This document shows positions 1 through 8,820 of a stretch of 49,548 nucleotides of DNA, in pieces (position 1 is the first letter of the stretch; every line of letters starts with the position of its first letter). The notes beneath the pieces were generated by a model that did no database searches, was not told the origin of the DNA, and worked only from the letters and a program-made list of their open reading frames with translations. The translations under genes were made by a program, and so were the position numbers. Origin of the DNA: Candidatus Undinarchaeales archaeon (GTDB lineage: Archaea > SpSt-1190 > JASMDC01); NCBI GenBank assembly GCA_030753015.1, contig JASMDC010000026.1, positions 1 to 49,548 on the forward strand, written 5' to 3'.

Positions 1-62
1 TATGCCCGGGCAGGGGCGGGAGCGTAGTGATGGGGTAGGGAGAGGGGGCAAACGTCGAGGTT

Positions 63-1259
63 ATGCAACAAAGCACTCCAGAAGGCAAACTGTTCTCGTC
101 CGTCTCGTTCACATACTCCTGTAATTACGACAACAATGTCATCTATCTCGAGCTCGTCGACGACGGTGGTAAGACACTCTGGGGGAACAACATACCCGGA
201 CGATCGTCAGGTACGAAGGAGATCACGGACCTGAACACATCATCAGTCACGTTCCGCCTCATCGCACTCAAGGGAGGTCGGAGCCCCAAGGAACCGAAAG
301 CGTGGTATGCGACAGTTCAGGATATAAAGATGGAGACCGGGGTGGCGAAATCAATCACTGAGCCCTCTACACCTAGCACCAGTGATGATTCAAACTCCCT
401 GGGGAAGGTCCGAGCGTATGCGCCCTATCTCCTAGTAATCGCTTTGATCGGCGCAATCATCGTCAAGCGTGATGAGATCAAGGAGCGTATAGAGGAAATG
501 AAGGGGCGCATGGTCAAGAAGAATGAGGAAGAGGCGAATTCCGAGGGGACAGGCTCTGAGGGGGAGGTCATACTTGGACCTGAACCGACGCTAACTGAAG
601 GTGATGATCTGCTCGGTGGTGAGGGGGACCTATTAGCGGGCGAAGGCGACATTCTCGGGGACGAGAGTGCGTTGCCCGGGACGGAGCCCGCGCCGGCCGT
701 TGAAGCGACTGCTGCCACAGCTCCGGCAGGTGAAGACCCACTTGGCGGAGGGGATGACCTGTTCGGTAGTGATGACGACCTTCTTGGTGGTGAAGAGGGG
801 GATATATTTGGTGGTGATGACGACCTTCTCGGTGGTGAGGAGGATGATATCTTCGGTGGAGAGGTAGAGGAGGCACCGCTGGAGGAGGAGCAGCCACCCG
901 CACTCACGGGAATCCTGGGCAACGTCATGGCTTCAGCCTCTACGGAGATCATGGCTGACGATATCGGTTCGAAAGACATAACGCTCGGATTCGAGCATCG
1001 TGACCGAGTAGCCAAGATGCAGGAACATGCTGAGTCTCTTGATCTGTTCATCGAATCGAAGAAGAAGTTCGCTGATGGTAAGAGGCTCCAATCCCTTGAA
1101 GCTCTACAAGCACGCATCAAGAATATTTCTAACGAGAGCGCTAACAGTCTGACCGCAGTTCAACAGGGGAGCATGGAACGCGCAGACCTGGAAGGTGTCC
1201 TTACTAATGTGGAGCAGGAGCTCAAGAAGGTCGTTGATTTCTTCGGTATCGAGCTGTAA
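63..1259 (+). CDS. Single-pass membrane protein with acidic Gly/Asp-rich repeats and a C-terminal helical domain; probably 5'-incomplete or interrupted
   Basis: A beta-rich N-terminal part has no signal peptide. It is followed by a TM segment (YAPYLLVIALIGAIIVKR), an acidic DLL/DIF repeat region and an amphipathic C-terminus. The same frame is open upstream except for a TAG at 36-38. Confidence 0.75.
   Translation: MQQSTPEGKLFSSVSFTYSCNYDNNVIYLELVDDGGKTLWGNNIPGRSSGTKEITDLNTSSVTFRLIALKGGRSPKEPKAWYATVQDIKMETGVAKSITEPSTPSTSDDSNSLGKVRAYAPYLLVIALIGAIIVKRDEIKERIEEMKGRMVKKNEEEANSEGTGSEGEVILGPEPTLTEGDDLLGGEGDLLAGEGDILGDESALPGTEPAPAVEATAATAPAGEDPLGGGDDLFGSDDDLLGGEEGDIFGGDDDLLGGEEDDIFGGEVEEAPLEEEQPPALTGILGNVMASASTEIMADDIGSKDITLGFEHRDRVAKMQEHAESLDLFIESKKKFADGKRLQSLEALQARIKNISNESANSLTAVQQGSMERADLEGVLTNVEQELKKVVDFFGIEL
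765..854 (+). repeat. Two in-frame 45-bp tandem repeats (15 aa: GSDDDLLGGEEGDIF / GGDDDLLGGEEDDIF)
   Basis: Read directly: unit 1 is 765-809 and unit 2 is 810-854. Degenerate shorter copies lie at ~597-665. Confidence 0.85.
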
Positions 1260-1389
1260 GGAGCCTTCAGATAAGCCGAGAGCATGTAATTATTGGACTA
1301 CCACTAGGACTATTTGCATCCTAGACCTGATTGTATAGAAAATATGGAGAATCATTACAAAAGTATTTTGTACGTGCACGGTCATAGAG

Positions 1390-1490
1390 TCTGTTGCGAC
1401 GTACGAGAAGGGGCGGTGTGAGCGGAACCCCGGTGGGTCTCCTTCCTCCCCCAAGTGTCACCCGCCCCTTCATTCCCCCCTTCTTTTATC
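1390..1490 (+). ncRNA. Candidate structured small RNA (long hairpin with C-rich loop)
   Basis: GAAGGGGCGG(T)GTGA at 1407-1421 pairs with TCACCCGCCCCTTC at 1458-1471, with an inner ACCC-CGGT-GGGT hairpin. An AT-rich AAAAGTATTTT box lies upstream at ~1359-1369 and a TTCTTTT tract downstream at 1481-1487. Ends and strand are inferred. Confidence 0.4.
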
Positions 1491-1524
1491 ATCCTTCAAT
1501 GACAGGATATTGGACCTGCCTGTG

Positions 1525-1538
1525 AAAAGGTTTTTATG
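1525..1538 (+). promoter_or_regulatory. BRE/TATA-like promoter of the lar operon
   Basis: AAAAGG-TTTTTAT ends ~22 nt before ATG 1559, the geometry of a leaderless archaeal transcript. Confidence 0.6.
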
Positions 1539-1558
1539 CGGCAGCCTTACATCCACTG

Positions 1559-2452
1559 ATGGCCGTCTCTATGGGTGGGAGAGCATTGAAGTTGAACGAA
1601 TCCAAAGTGGGTCCGGCTCAGGACCGTGATCTAAAGCAGAAGCTTGAGGCTTTACGTGAATACCTTGAAGGATGTGGTTCTGTGCTAGTGGCACTATCAG
1701 GTGGAGTGGACTCCTCCGTCTTGGCAGCAGTGGCATTCGATGTGCTCGGTAAGGACGCTGTGGCGGCGACGGCATTATCGGAGACATTGCCTTTACGTGA
1801 CCGGGAGGACGCCCGGACTATTGTGGGCCTACTTGGTATTCGGCACGTGACCAGGAAGACACAGGAACTTGACATCCCTGGTTATGCCGAGAACGGTCCT
1901 GATCGATGCTACCTATGCAAACGGTCATTAGCATTCCAGCTTAAGGATATCGCTCGCGAAGAGGGTCTGGACAGTGTGCTGGAGGCGACCACCATCACCG
2001 AAGCCGAGAGCGAGGACCGACCGGGTCTACGGGCTATTCGAGAGGCAGGTGTGCGCAGTCCGTTCTTGGAGCTCGGTATCGGGAAGGCCGATGTGCGTGA
2101 GCTCGCGCGGACCTACAGGCTCCCTGTGGCCGATAAACCATCATCAGCTTGCCTGTCCTCCCGTTTCCCCCATGGTGAACTGATCACTGTCGAGGGGCTT
2201 CAGCGTGTATCACAAGCAGAATGTATCGTGAGGGACCGGCTGGGAGCTATTCAGGCGCGGGTCAGATCACAAGGCCGTGGTGCCCGCATAGAGCTCGATA
2301 CGAGAACACTCGAGCGCATCATGTCTGAAGACTACGACACAGCCCTCACCGAAACAGTTAAAGAACTGAAGTCACTGGGTTTCTCCCATGTCGCCATCGA
2401 CCTCGAGGGATACCGGCCCGGAGGGGCTGACGACCCCCGAGGAGGTCCTTGA
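1559..2452 (+). CDS. larE: ATP-dependent sulfur transferase LarE (nickel-pincer nucleotide biosynthesis)
   Basis: PP-loop SGGVDS, DRCYLCKR, DRPGLRA, KPSSACLSSRFPHG and C-terminal DLEGYRPG; lies next to larB and larC. Confidence 0.92.
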   Translation: MAVSMGGRALKLNESKVGPAQDRDLKQKLEALREYLEGCGSVLVALSGGVDSSVLAAVAFDVLGKDAVAATALSETLPLRDREDARTIVGLLGIRHVTRKTQELDIPGYAENGPDRCYLCKRSLAFQLKDIAREEGLDSVLEATTITEAESEDRPGLRAIREAGVRSPFLELGIGKADVRELARTYRLPVADKPSSACLSSRFPHGELITVEGLQRVSQAECIVRDRLGAIQARVRSQGRGARIELDTRTLERIMSEDYDTALTETVKELKSLGFSHVAIDLEGYRPGGADDPRGGP

Positions 2453-3215
2453 TTCCTACCGTAATGGCTCCATATCCCGAGAGGAGGCAGTCGATGCCAT
2501 GCAGGAACTGAGCGTGCTCTCCGTCGGTTCGCTTGCTCGTATCGATCTGAACAGGGAAGCAAGATGTGGAGTGCCGGAGGTCGTGTACGGTGAGGGAAAG
2601 AGGCTCCATGAGCTTGGAGATATCGTGACAGCTATGCTCGGACAGCGGGGTAAGGTCATAATTACCCGTCTTTCTCCTGAGTCTCGTGACGCCCTCTTGC
2701 CCCTACTCAAGGACGCTGATGTCGAGTACGACGATGATGCACGGGCTCTTGTGGCCCGTCGTAAAGGGCTCATGCGTAACGAGACCATGGAGGGGACCGT
2801 AGCGGTCCTCACTGCGGGCACCTCGGACATCCCTATCGCAGCAGAATGTGCATTCATTGCTCGGGAGCTCGGTTTGAAGGTTGTCATGTTCAACGATGTT
2901 GGTGTTGCGGGAGTGCACAGACTTGTGCCTTGCATCAAGTCGATGGTGGATGAGAAGGTCGATTGTATCGTGGTCGTGGCCGGGATGGAGGGTGCACTCC
3001 CCTCGCTCGTGGCCGGGCTCGTTGACGTTCCCGTCATCGGTGTTCCTACATCGATCGGGTACGGTGCCAACCTCGGTGGCATGACCACTCTGCTATCGAT
3101 GCTCTCTTCATGTGCGCCAGGCCTTGCTGTTGTCAACGTAGATAATGGTTTCGGGGCAGCAGTGTTCGCACGCAAGGTCTGCATCGCACACCGAAGAAGG
3201 GAGGGTTCGCCATGA
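2388..3215 (+). CDS. larB: NPN cofactor carboxylase/hydrolase LarB (PurE-like); true start may be ~2427-2430
   Basis: ARIDLNREARCGVPEVVYGEGK, TAGTSDIPIAAE, DVGVAGVHRL, AGMEGALPS, VPTSIGYG and SCAPGLAVVNVDNGFGAA. Confidence 0.95.
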   Translation: MSPSTSRDTGPEGLTTPEEVLDSYRNGSISREEAVDAMQELSVLSVGSLARIDLNREARCGVPEVVYGEGKRLHELGDIVTAMLGQRGKVIITRLSPESRDALLPLLKDADVEYDDDARALVARRKGLMRNETMEGTVAVLTAGTSDIPIAAECAFIARELGLKVVMFNDVGVAGVHRLVPCIKSMVDEKVDCIVVVAGMEGALPSLVAGLVDVPVIGVPTSIGYGANLGGMTTLLSMLSSCAPGLAVVNVDNGFGAAVFARKVCIAHRRREGSP

Positions 3216-3664
3216 GCGTCGAATCGGAGAATAAAGCCGATGGGGGACATGATGTCCAGGTACAGACGACCGTGGACGATGTCACGGGCGAAGTGCTCGG
3301 GTATACAATGGACCGTCTCCTTGAGGCAGGATCCTCCGACGTGACGTTCACACCGGTCACCATGAAGAAGGGCCGCCCCGGTGTCACCGTCACCGTGCTC
3401 TGTGCGGGCTCGCTCCTTGACCGGGTTTGTGACATCCTCATTGCCGAGCTCGGGACACTTGGGGTACGCTGGTGGCCCGTCCACCGCAGAAAGGTCGAGC
3501 GTCGGTTCGAAGAGGTTTCTGTGATGGGGGAACGCATCACACTGAAGACCGGGATCGAGAATGGTCGAGAGGTCATTAGCAAGCTTGAATATGAGGACGC
3601 CTGTAAGGTGGCCAGAAAGCTCAATATCCCTTTGAGGCAGGTCCTTAAGGAGGGAATGCTATGA
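3212..3664 (+). CDS. larC2: LarC C-terminal domain only (LarC2-like nickel insertase fragment)
   Basis: TTVDDVTGEVLGY, DVTFTPVTMKKGRPG, GTLGVR and KLEYEDACKVAR. ATGA overlap with larB. Only 150 aa, with no His-rich N-terminal part. Confidence 0.85.
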   Translation: MSVESENKADGGHDVQVQTTVDDVTGEVLGYTMDRLLEAGSSDVTFTPVTMKKGRPGVTVTVLCAGSLLDRVCDILIAELGTLGVRWWPVHRRKVERRFEEVSVMGERITLKTGIENGREVISKLEYEDACKVARKLNIPLRQVLKEGML

Positions 3665-4563
3665 GCATTCTCGTTGTTGGTGATATCGCCGTGGACTCCC
3701 TCGGTATCGTCAGCCATTTCCCGGAGGTCAGCACCAACGCAGAGGTCAATAACTTCACGAAGGCCTTTGGTGGCAGTGCCGCGAACACAGCAGTGGTCGC
3801 TCGCATGCTGGGGGACAATGTCGGTTTCGCATCTGTGATAGGTCATGATTTCCCCGAAGGGTACATGGACCGGCTGAAGAAGATGAAACTTGACCTCACC
3901 TACCTTGGTAAGAGCGAGTTGAACACGACCTCTGTGTTCATATTCAGCAAGGGAAACGACCAGGTCTCATTCTTCTATCCGGGTTCAAGCCGGGAGCTCG
4001 ATGGGATGCGCATCCCGCGAGACTACTTATCCAAGTTCGACATAGTCCACATGTGCCGTAACTTCCCGACCCTTCAGTACCGCATCGTACGAGAATGTCG
4101 AGATCTACGTACGAAGGTATCCTACAATCCTGGTTACGGCATCGACGAGATGGACAAGCTCCACCTCAGGCGCATCCTCAAGGGGACGGATATACTCTTC
4201 CTCAACGAGGCAGAACTCGAGTACATGCTGGAGCTCTTCGGGCTCGAAGCCCCTCAGGACGTGCAGGGATGGGCGGACCTCGACATTCTTGTCCTCACAC
4301 TGGGAAAGGACGGATCACGCGTTATAACACGGGAAGGGGAGGATGTTATAGTCCCGGCCATCGAGCTGCAGGTCGTGGATCCCACCGGTGCAGGGGACTC
4401 GTTCACAGCCGGCTTCCTCACATCTCTCGTGCGGTCCGGGGACCCTGTCGAAGCGGCCAAGATCGGTTCGGCGACCGCTAGCTATGTCATCACCAGCACG
4501 GAGACACAGCCGACCATCACGGTAGATAATGTGATGGAGAAACGAAGACGACAGTATATCTAA
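3661..4563 (+). CDS. PfkB/ribokinase-family carbohydrate or nucleoside kinase
   Basis: GGSAANTAV, NEAE, TLGKDG and the DPTGAGDSFTAG signature; ATGA overlap with larC2. Confidence 0.92.
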   Translation: MSILVVGDIAVDSLGIVSHFPEVSTNAEVNNFTKAFGGSAANTAVVARMLGDNVGFASVIGHDFPEGYMDRLKKMKLDLTYLGKSELNTTSVFIFSKGNDQVSFFYPGSSRELDGMRIPRDYLSKFDIVHMCRNFPTLQYRIVRECRDLRTKVSYNPGYGIDEMDKLHLRRILKGTDILFLNEAELEYMLELFGLEAPQDVQGWADLDILVLTLGKDGSRVITREGEDVIVPAIELQVVDPTGAGDSFTAGFLTSLVRSGDPVEAAKIGSATASYVITSTETQPTITVDNVMEKRRRQYI

Positions 4564-4624
4564 GAGCTGAACCGGAATGATGCTCCGCCATGCTCGAACA
4601 GGAACGGACCGCGCGTGATGTGCT

Positions 4625-5338
4625 ATGGGGATTGATGTTCTCGGTGATCGGCAGGCCATCTCCCGGTTCAGGGTTCTGTTCGAGTCGATGATGAAAGGCA
4701 AGCTAATCCGACTCGGTAACGCGGTCCCTGGTGCAGGGAGATACGATCCATCGGCTCTCTACGCTCATCTGATCACAGCTCTGTCACCGCTCGCCCAGAG
4801 AGGCCTCATCAGACCTAATGCGTTCGCAAAGGAGCGACGTCTCCACGCAGATGCTGGAACTGGGCCGATCTTCGACATCGCGGACGAACTCCTTGAAAGA
4901 CTCCTCGATTACGCCGCGGTCCATGGTGATAAGGACCTGCACAACGAACTGAAGTCCGTTCAATGGAGCGATATCCCACGGCGCTTGGATTTTGAGAGCG
5001 AGATCGCGGCCTTGACAACCGACCTTGAACCCGGATCATTCCTCTACTCTTGGGATCGGGCAGTAAAGGGCTTCTTCCATAAGTATACTCGCGTCTTCAC
5101 TCACGATGAGCTATGGTATACGATCTATCTTCGCGAGCTGGAGGACTGCGCATTCCTCGTTCTCTCAGTGAAGGACGAAGAGCTCGAGCAAGAGCTCAAC
5201 CGCTTTTTGTCCTTGCTTTTCATCGTATACCCGTCAACATGGCGAAGCAGGAAGGGTGTGCTCGATGTCCTTTGGTCTCGTGCAGTGAGCTTCTATAACA
5301 GGCGCTTTGGAAGAAACGATGAAGAGCAATTGGAGTGA
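4625..5338 (+). CDS. Hypothetical protein (237 aa, predicted helical)
   Basis: Long ORF filling the gap between operons, with codon style like its neighbours; no motif recognised. Confidence 0.7.
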   Translation: MGIDVLGDRQAISRFRVLFESMMKGKLIRLGNAVPGAGRYDPSALYAHLITALSPLAQRGLIRPNAFAKERRLHADAGTGPIFDIADELLERLLDYAAVHGDKDLHNELKSVQWSDIPRRLDFESEIAALTTDLEPGSFLYSWDRAVKGFFHKYTRVFTHDELWYTIYLRELEDCAFLVLSVKDEELEQELNRFLSLLFIVYPSTWRSRKGVLDVLWSRAVSFYNRRFGRNDEEQLE

Positions 5339-5432
5339 ACCTGCTCCTCATATACAACTTATAATTATGATGGACGTCCCAAAGTTCACACCCGAGTGAA
5401 GAGTATTCAAACCGGAGAAGAGAGCGAGCCCG

Positions 5433-6641
5433 ATGGACGTACTTATCGAACTCATCCTCATCCTTGGTCTGGCTAGGGTGGGCGGAAGTCTCGTAGAACG
5501 ACTTGGCCAGCCCCGCGTCGTTGGTGAGCTCCTCACTGGTTTCGTCCTGGGCAAGGCTTGGTTGGACATAATCCAACCGGATGCGGCACTGGACATTCTA
5601 TCGAACCTAGGGATAATCTTCCTGATGTACCTCGCTGGCCTCCACATGAAGCCACAGGAGCTTCTGGACGTCTCAATACCGGCCTTCCTCATTGCCATTT
5701 TCGGAGCGTTCGTACCGATGGTCCTCGGATACGAGGTGACCATCTGGTTCGGATTCGATCCCGTCCACGCGTTGTTCGTCGGCGTTGGGCTCTCTATAAC
5801 CGCAGTCGCGGTCAAGGCGCGTATCCTCATGGACCTCGGAGGTCTAGAGTCGAGGGTCGGGAAGGTCATCATGGGAGCGGCCGTGTTGGACGATGTCATC
5901 GGATTGGTGTTCTTCGCTATCCTGTCGTCACTTGCTGTCGATGGCGTGCTCCCGACTGGAGGGGCGCTCCTCAACATTCTCGTCCATGTCATGTTCTTCT
6001 TCGGATTCGCCGTGTTGGCAGGATACTTTCTGCCTTATCTATCACCAAGGATACGAGAGATCGCCGATACAAAGGACGCCCTGTTCACATTCTGTCTGGT
6101 CGTGAGCTTCTCCTTTGCGTACGCCGCCGAAGAGTTCGGACTTCACCCCATGATCGGTGCCTATATCGCAGGTCTTCTCGTGAAGTCGCTCGGGATGCGG
6201 GGTATCGATACCAAACAGGTCCTTGATATGTTCACTCCCGTAGCTTTCGGGTTCCTGGGACCGCTCTTCTTCGTGAGGATCGCGCTTGATGTAGATGCGA
6301 GCGCCATATTCCAAAATGCATCCTTCGTCCTAGCGATCATCGCGGTAGCTATCATCGGAAAAGTGATAGGCTGTGGCGTGGCAGCGCTCCTAACGGGGAG
6401 CTCCAGACGCGAAGCAGTCGTGATCGGTCTTGGAATGAACGGACGTGGTGCCGTGGAGCTCGTGATCGCCCAGTTCGGCAGACAGTTGGCGACCAATCCT
6501 CTACCCGATGTCATCTTCTCGACACTGGTGATAATGGCGTTCACAACGACCCTGCTCACTCCGATCACCCTGAAACGGGCGTTGCCCTGGTATAATGAGG
6601 AGCGGTTCGCCCACACCGAGCCCGCATGGCATGAGAGCTAG
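5433..6641 (+). CDS. CPA2-family cation/proton antiporter (NapA-like), copy 1
   Basis: About 12-13 hydrophobic segments, LGQPRVVGELLTG, GAAVLDDV (DD motif), IGKVIG and GMNGRGAV. Confidence 0.92.
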   Translation: MDVLIELILILGLARVGGSLVERLGQPRVVGELLTGFVLGKAWLDIIQPDAALDILSNLGIIFLMYLAGLHMKPQELLDVSIPAFLIAIFGAFVPMVLGYEVTIWFGFDPVHALFVGVGLSITAVAVKARILMDLGGLESRVGKVIMGAAVLDDVIGLVFFAILSSLAVDGVLPTGGALLNILVHVMFFFGFAVLAGYFLPYLSPRIREIADTKDALFTFCLVVSFSFAYAAEEFGLHPMIGAYIAGLLVKSLGMRGIDTKQVLDMFTPVAFGFLGPLFFVRIALDVDASAIFQNASFVLAIIAVAIIGKVIGCGVAALLTGSSRREAVVIGLGMNGRGAVELVIAQFGRQLATNPLPDVIFSTLVIMAFTTTLLTPITLKRALPWYNEERFAHTEPAWHES

Positions 6642-6743
6642 AAGCACCTTATCAACGCACGGTCTGGGTAAGTATTAAAACATTGAACAGGGTCCAACCT
6701 ACTGGGACAACAAGCGGACGATTATTCGCTATGTGGTCCGGAA

Positions 6744-7985
6744 GTGCATGTAATGCAGGCAATCCTCTTCGAGCTCATAGTGGTGCTGGGATTCGCACGA
6801 CTTGGCGGGAGCATCGCCCAGAGGTTGGGCCAGCCACGGATCGTCGGCGAGCTCATGGTAGGATTCTTCATCGGGAAGGCCTTCCTCAACCTGATCGAAG
6901 TATCGGATGCGTTGGATGCGTTCGCTGATGTAGGTATAATCTTCCTGATGTACCTCGCAGGGCTTCACATGAAACCGGAGGACCTCTTGGATGTATCTAT
7001 CCCCGCATTCATTGTCGCGATCTTCGGAGCATTCATCCCCATGTTCATGGGATTCCAGGTGACCATTTGGTTCGGTTTTCATCCGGTACACGCGCTCTTC
7101 GTTGGTGTGGCTTTGTCCATAACCGCAGTGGCAGTGAAGGCTCGCATTCTCATCGATCAAGGGGAAATTGAGACACGTGCCGGTCGCATAGGCATGGGTG
7201 CGGCAGTTCTCGACGATGTTATCGGCCTCGTGTTCTTCAGCATCCTTTCCACGATGGTGGCCGTAGGGACGCTCCCGGACGGTATCGAGCTGCTGTTCAT
7301 ACTCGCTCGCGTCATGTTCTTCTTCGGATTCGCCATACTCGCCGGATTCCTACTTCCGCCGCTCACGAAGCGGTTGGGAAATCTTAGTGAATCGCCTGAC
7401 AATCTCCTGACGTTCTGCCTTATCGTAAGTTTCTCCTTCGCGTACGTCGCTGAACACTTCGGGGTCCATCCCATCATCGGAGCCTATGTCGCAGGCCTCC
7501 TGGTGAACTCTATCGGCCTGCAGGGCATCGATACCCGTAGGCTCGAGGAGATAGTCCATCCCCTCGCCTTCGGATTCCTCGTCCCCCTCTTCTTCGTACG
7601 CATCGCCCTCGAAGTGGAAGGGTCCGCGCTCTTCCAGAATCCCGCCTTCACGCTCGCGATCATCGCTGTCGCTGTGTTCGGCAAGGTCGTTGGATGTGGC
7701 ATCGCCGCTCGGATTTCTGGAAGCTCGTGGCGTGAGGCGCTAGTGATAGGGCTGGGTATGAACGGACGAGGCGCAGTAGAACTGGTCATTGCCGAACTGG
7801 GCAGACAGCTCACGACGAACCCTCTTCCGGATATTATATTCTCAACCCTTGTGTTCATGGCGTTCACCACGACCATCCTCACGCCCATCACGCTCAAGAT
7901 AGCCATGCCTTGGTACCGCAAAGAGTTGATGACGTTCACTGGGCCGGACTGGCGTGACAGCTCGGAACCCGTCGGTAGACTGTAA
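6744..7985 (+). CDS. CPA2-family cation/proton antiporter (NapA-like), copy 2; start possibly ATG 6753
   Basis: Same motifs as copy 1 and collinear along its whole length; own AT-rich box at ~6668-6680. Confidence 0.92.
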   Translation: MHVMQAILFELIVVLGFARLGGSIAQRLGQPRIVGELMVGFFIGKAFLNLIEVSDALDAFADVGIIFLMYLAGLHMKPEDLLDVSIPAFIVAIFGAFIPMFMGFQVTIWFGFHPVHALFVGVALSITAVAVKARILIDQGEIETRAGRIGMGAAVLDDVIGLVFFSILSTMVAVGTLPDGIELLFILARVMFFFGFAILAGFLLPPLTKRLGNLSESPDNLLTFCLIVSFSFAYVAEHFGVHPIIGAYVAGLLVNSIGLQGIDTRRLEEIVHPLAFGFLVPLFFVRIALEVEGSALFQNPAFTLAIIAVAVFGKVVGCGIAARISGSSWREALVIGLGMNGRGAVELVIAELGRQLTTNPLPDIIFSTLVFMAFTTTILTPITLKIAMPWYRKELMTFTGPDWRDSSEPVGRL

Positions 7986-7993
7986 GCAGGTGT

Positions 7994-8401
7994 TTGACCA
8001 TGGGGAAAAAACGACATCATCGGCTCCCGAAGGTGATCGAAGAGAATGAAGAAAAGAGCGATCCTGTTATAGTCGAGGTGTTCTCGTCACCGACATGTCC
8101 TCATTGTCCCCGTGCCGTACGAACGGCAAAGAGGGTTGCCCGGAAGTTCGGTACCAAGGTACGTTTCATCCATACTGACATCGGTATTGGGGCCGGATCA
8201 CGGAGAGCGAAATCGTTCAAGGTCATGAGCGTTCCTACGATCCTCATCCACTGCCCTGAAGGGGAGGTCCTTGGACACAGGGGGAATCCTGAGGACGCCA
8301 CACTTGAGAGAATGGTACGCCAGGCACTTGGTGAGGCCGCTCCGGTAAGAGCATCAGAGGGCCTCCTGACCCGTATAAAACGCACAATAGTCGGCGACTA
8401 G
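7994..8401 (+). CDS. Thioredoxin/glutaredoxin-like redox protein (CPHC)
   Basis: VEVFSSPTCPHCP active site and SVPT cis-Pro loop; no signal peptide. Start could be ATG 8000. Confidence 0.88.
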   Translation: MTMGKKRHHRLPKVIEENEEKSDPVIVEVFSSPTCPHCPRAVRTAKRVARKFGTKVRFIHTDIGIGAGSRRAKSFKVMSVPTILIHCPEGEVLGHRGNPEDATLERMVRQALGEAAPVRASEGLLTRIKRTIVGD

Positions 8402-8408
8402 CTTGCTC

Positions 8409-8750
8409 CTATACCCGGATGCCCCTCTTGACCTCCATGATCTCCACATGGTCCGGTTCGAAGGCCGCCTTTATCGCCGGGAGCGCACGGTATGGATCGA
8501 GACCACGGCACGTGAATATATCGATGGCAGCATAATCGTGCTCGGGCCAGGTGTGGATCGACATGTGGGATTCCGCTATGATCGCGACCGCGGTCACACC
8601 TTGCGGTGAGTACTTACGTGTCGTTAAGTCCATGAGCGTAGCGCCACAATCGTCCACGGCCTGACGGAGGGTCTGCTCGACATGTTCCATTGTATCCAGG
8701 TGCTTGCATCCCCAGAGCTCGATGAGAACATGTATGGCCAGTGCTTCCAC
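8409..8750 (-). CDS. speD: S-adenosylmethionine decarboxylase proenzyme (SpeD/SpeH type)
   Basis: HVLIELWGC, PQGVTAVAIIAESHMSIHTWPE (ES self-cleavage site) and DIFTC. I moved the start to GTG 8750 because a TTTTTATC box lies ~25 nt upstream. An arginine decarboxylase paralog cannot be excluded. Confidence 0.88.
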   Translation of the reverse strand: MEALAIHVLIELWGCKHLDTMEHVEQTLRQAVDDCGATLMDLTTRKYSPQGVTAVAIIAESHMSIHTWPEHDYAAIDIFTCRGLDPYRALPAIKAAFEPDHVEIMEVKRGIRV

Positions 8751-8820
8751 GGGAGCGTGAATGACCGTAAAGGATAAAAACAAGCTCGTGGACTTTAATC
8801 CCGTGCTTACCGGAACCTTC

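Noticed and set aside
1421-1443. Archaeal SECIS-like GAA-CCC...GGG hairpin
   Set aside because: It lacks the opposing unpaired A (reads GGGTC), pairs better as a plain hairpin, and no TGA-interrupted gene is nearby.
7994-8401. CPHC thioredoxin as the DsbA-like oxidase for the Cys-rich surface proteins
   Set aside because: It has no signal peptide or TM, so it is likely cytoplasmic, and CPHC is also common in small archaeal thioredoxins. The link is unsupported.
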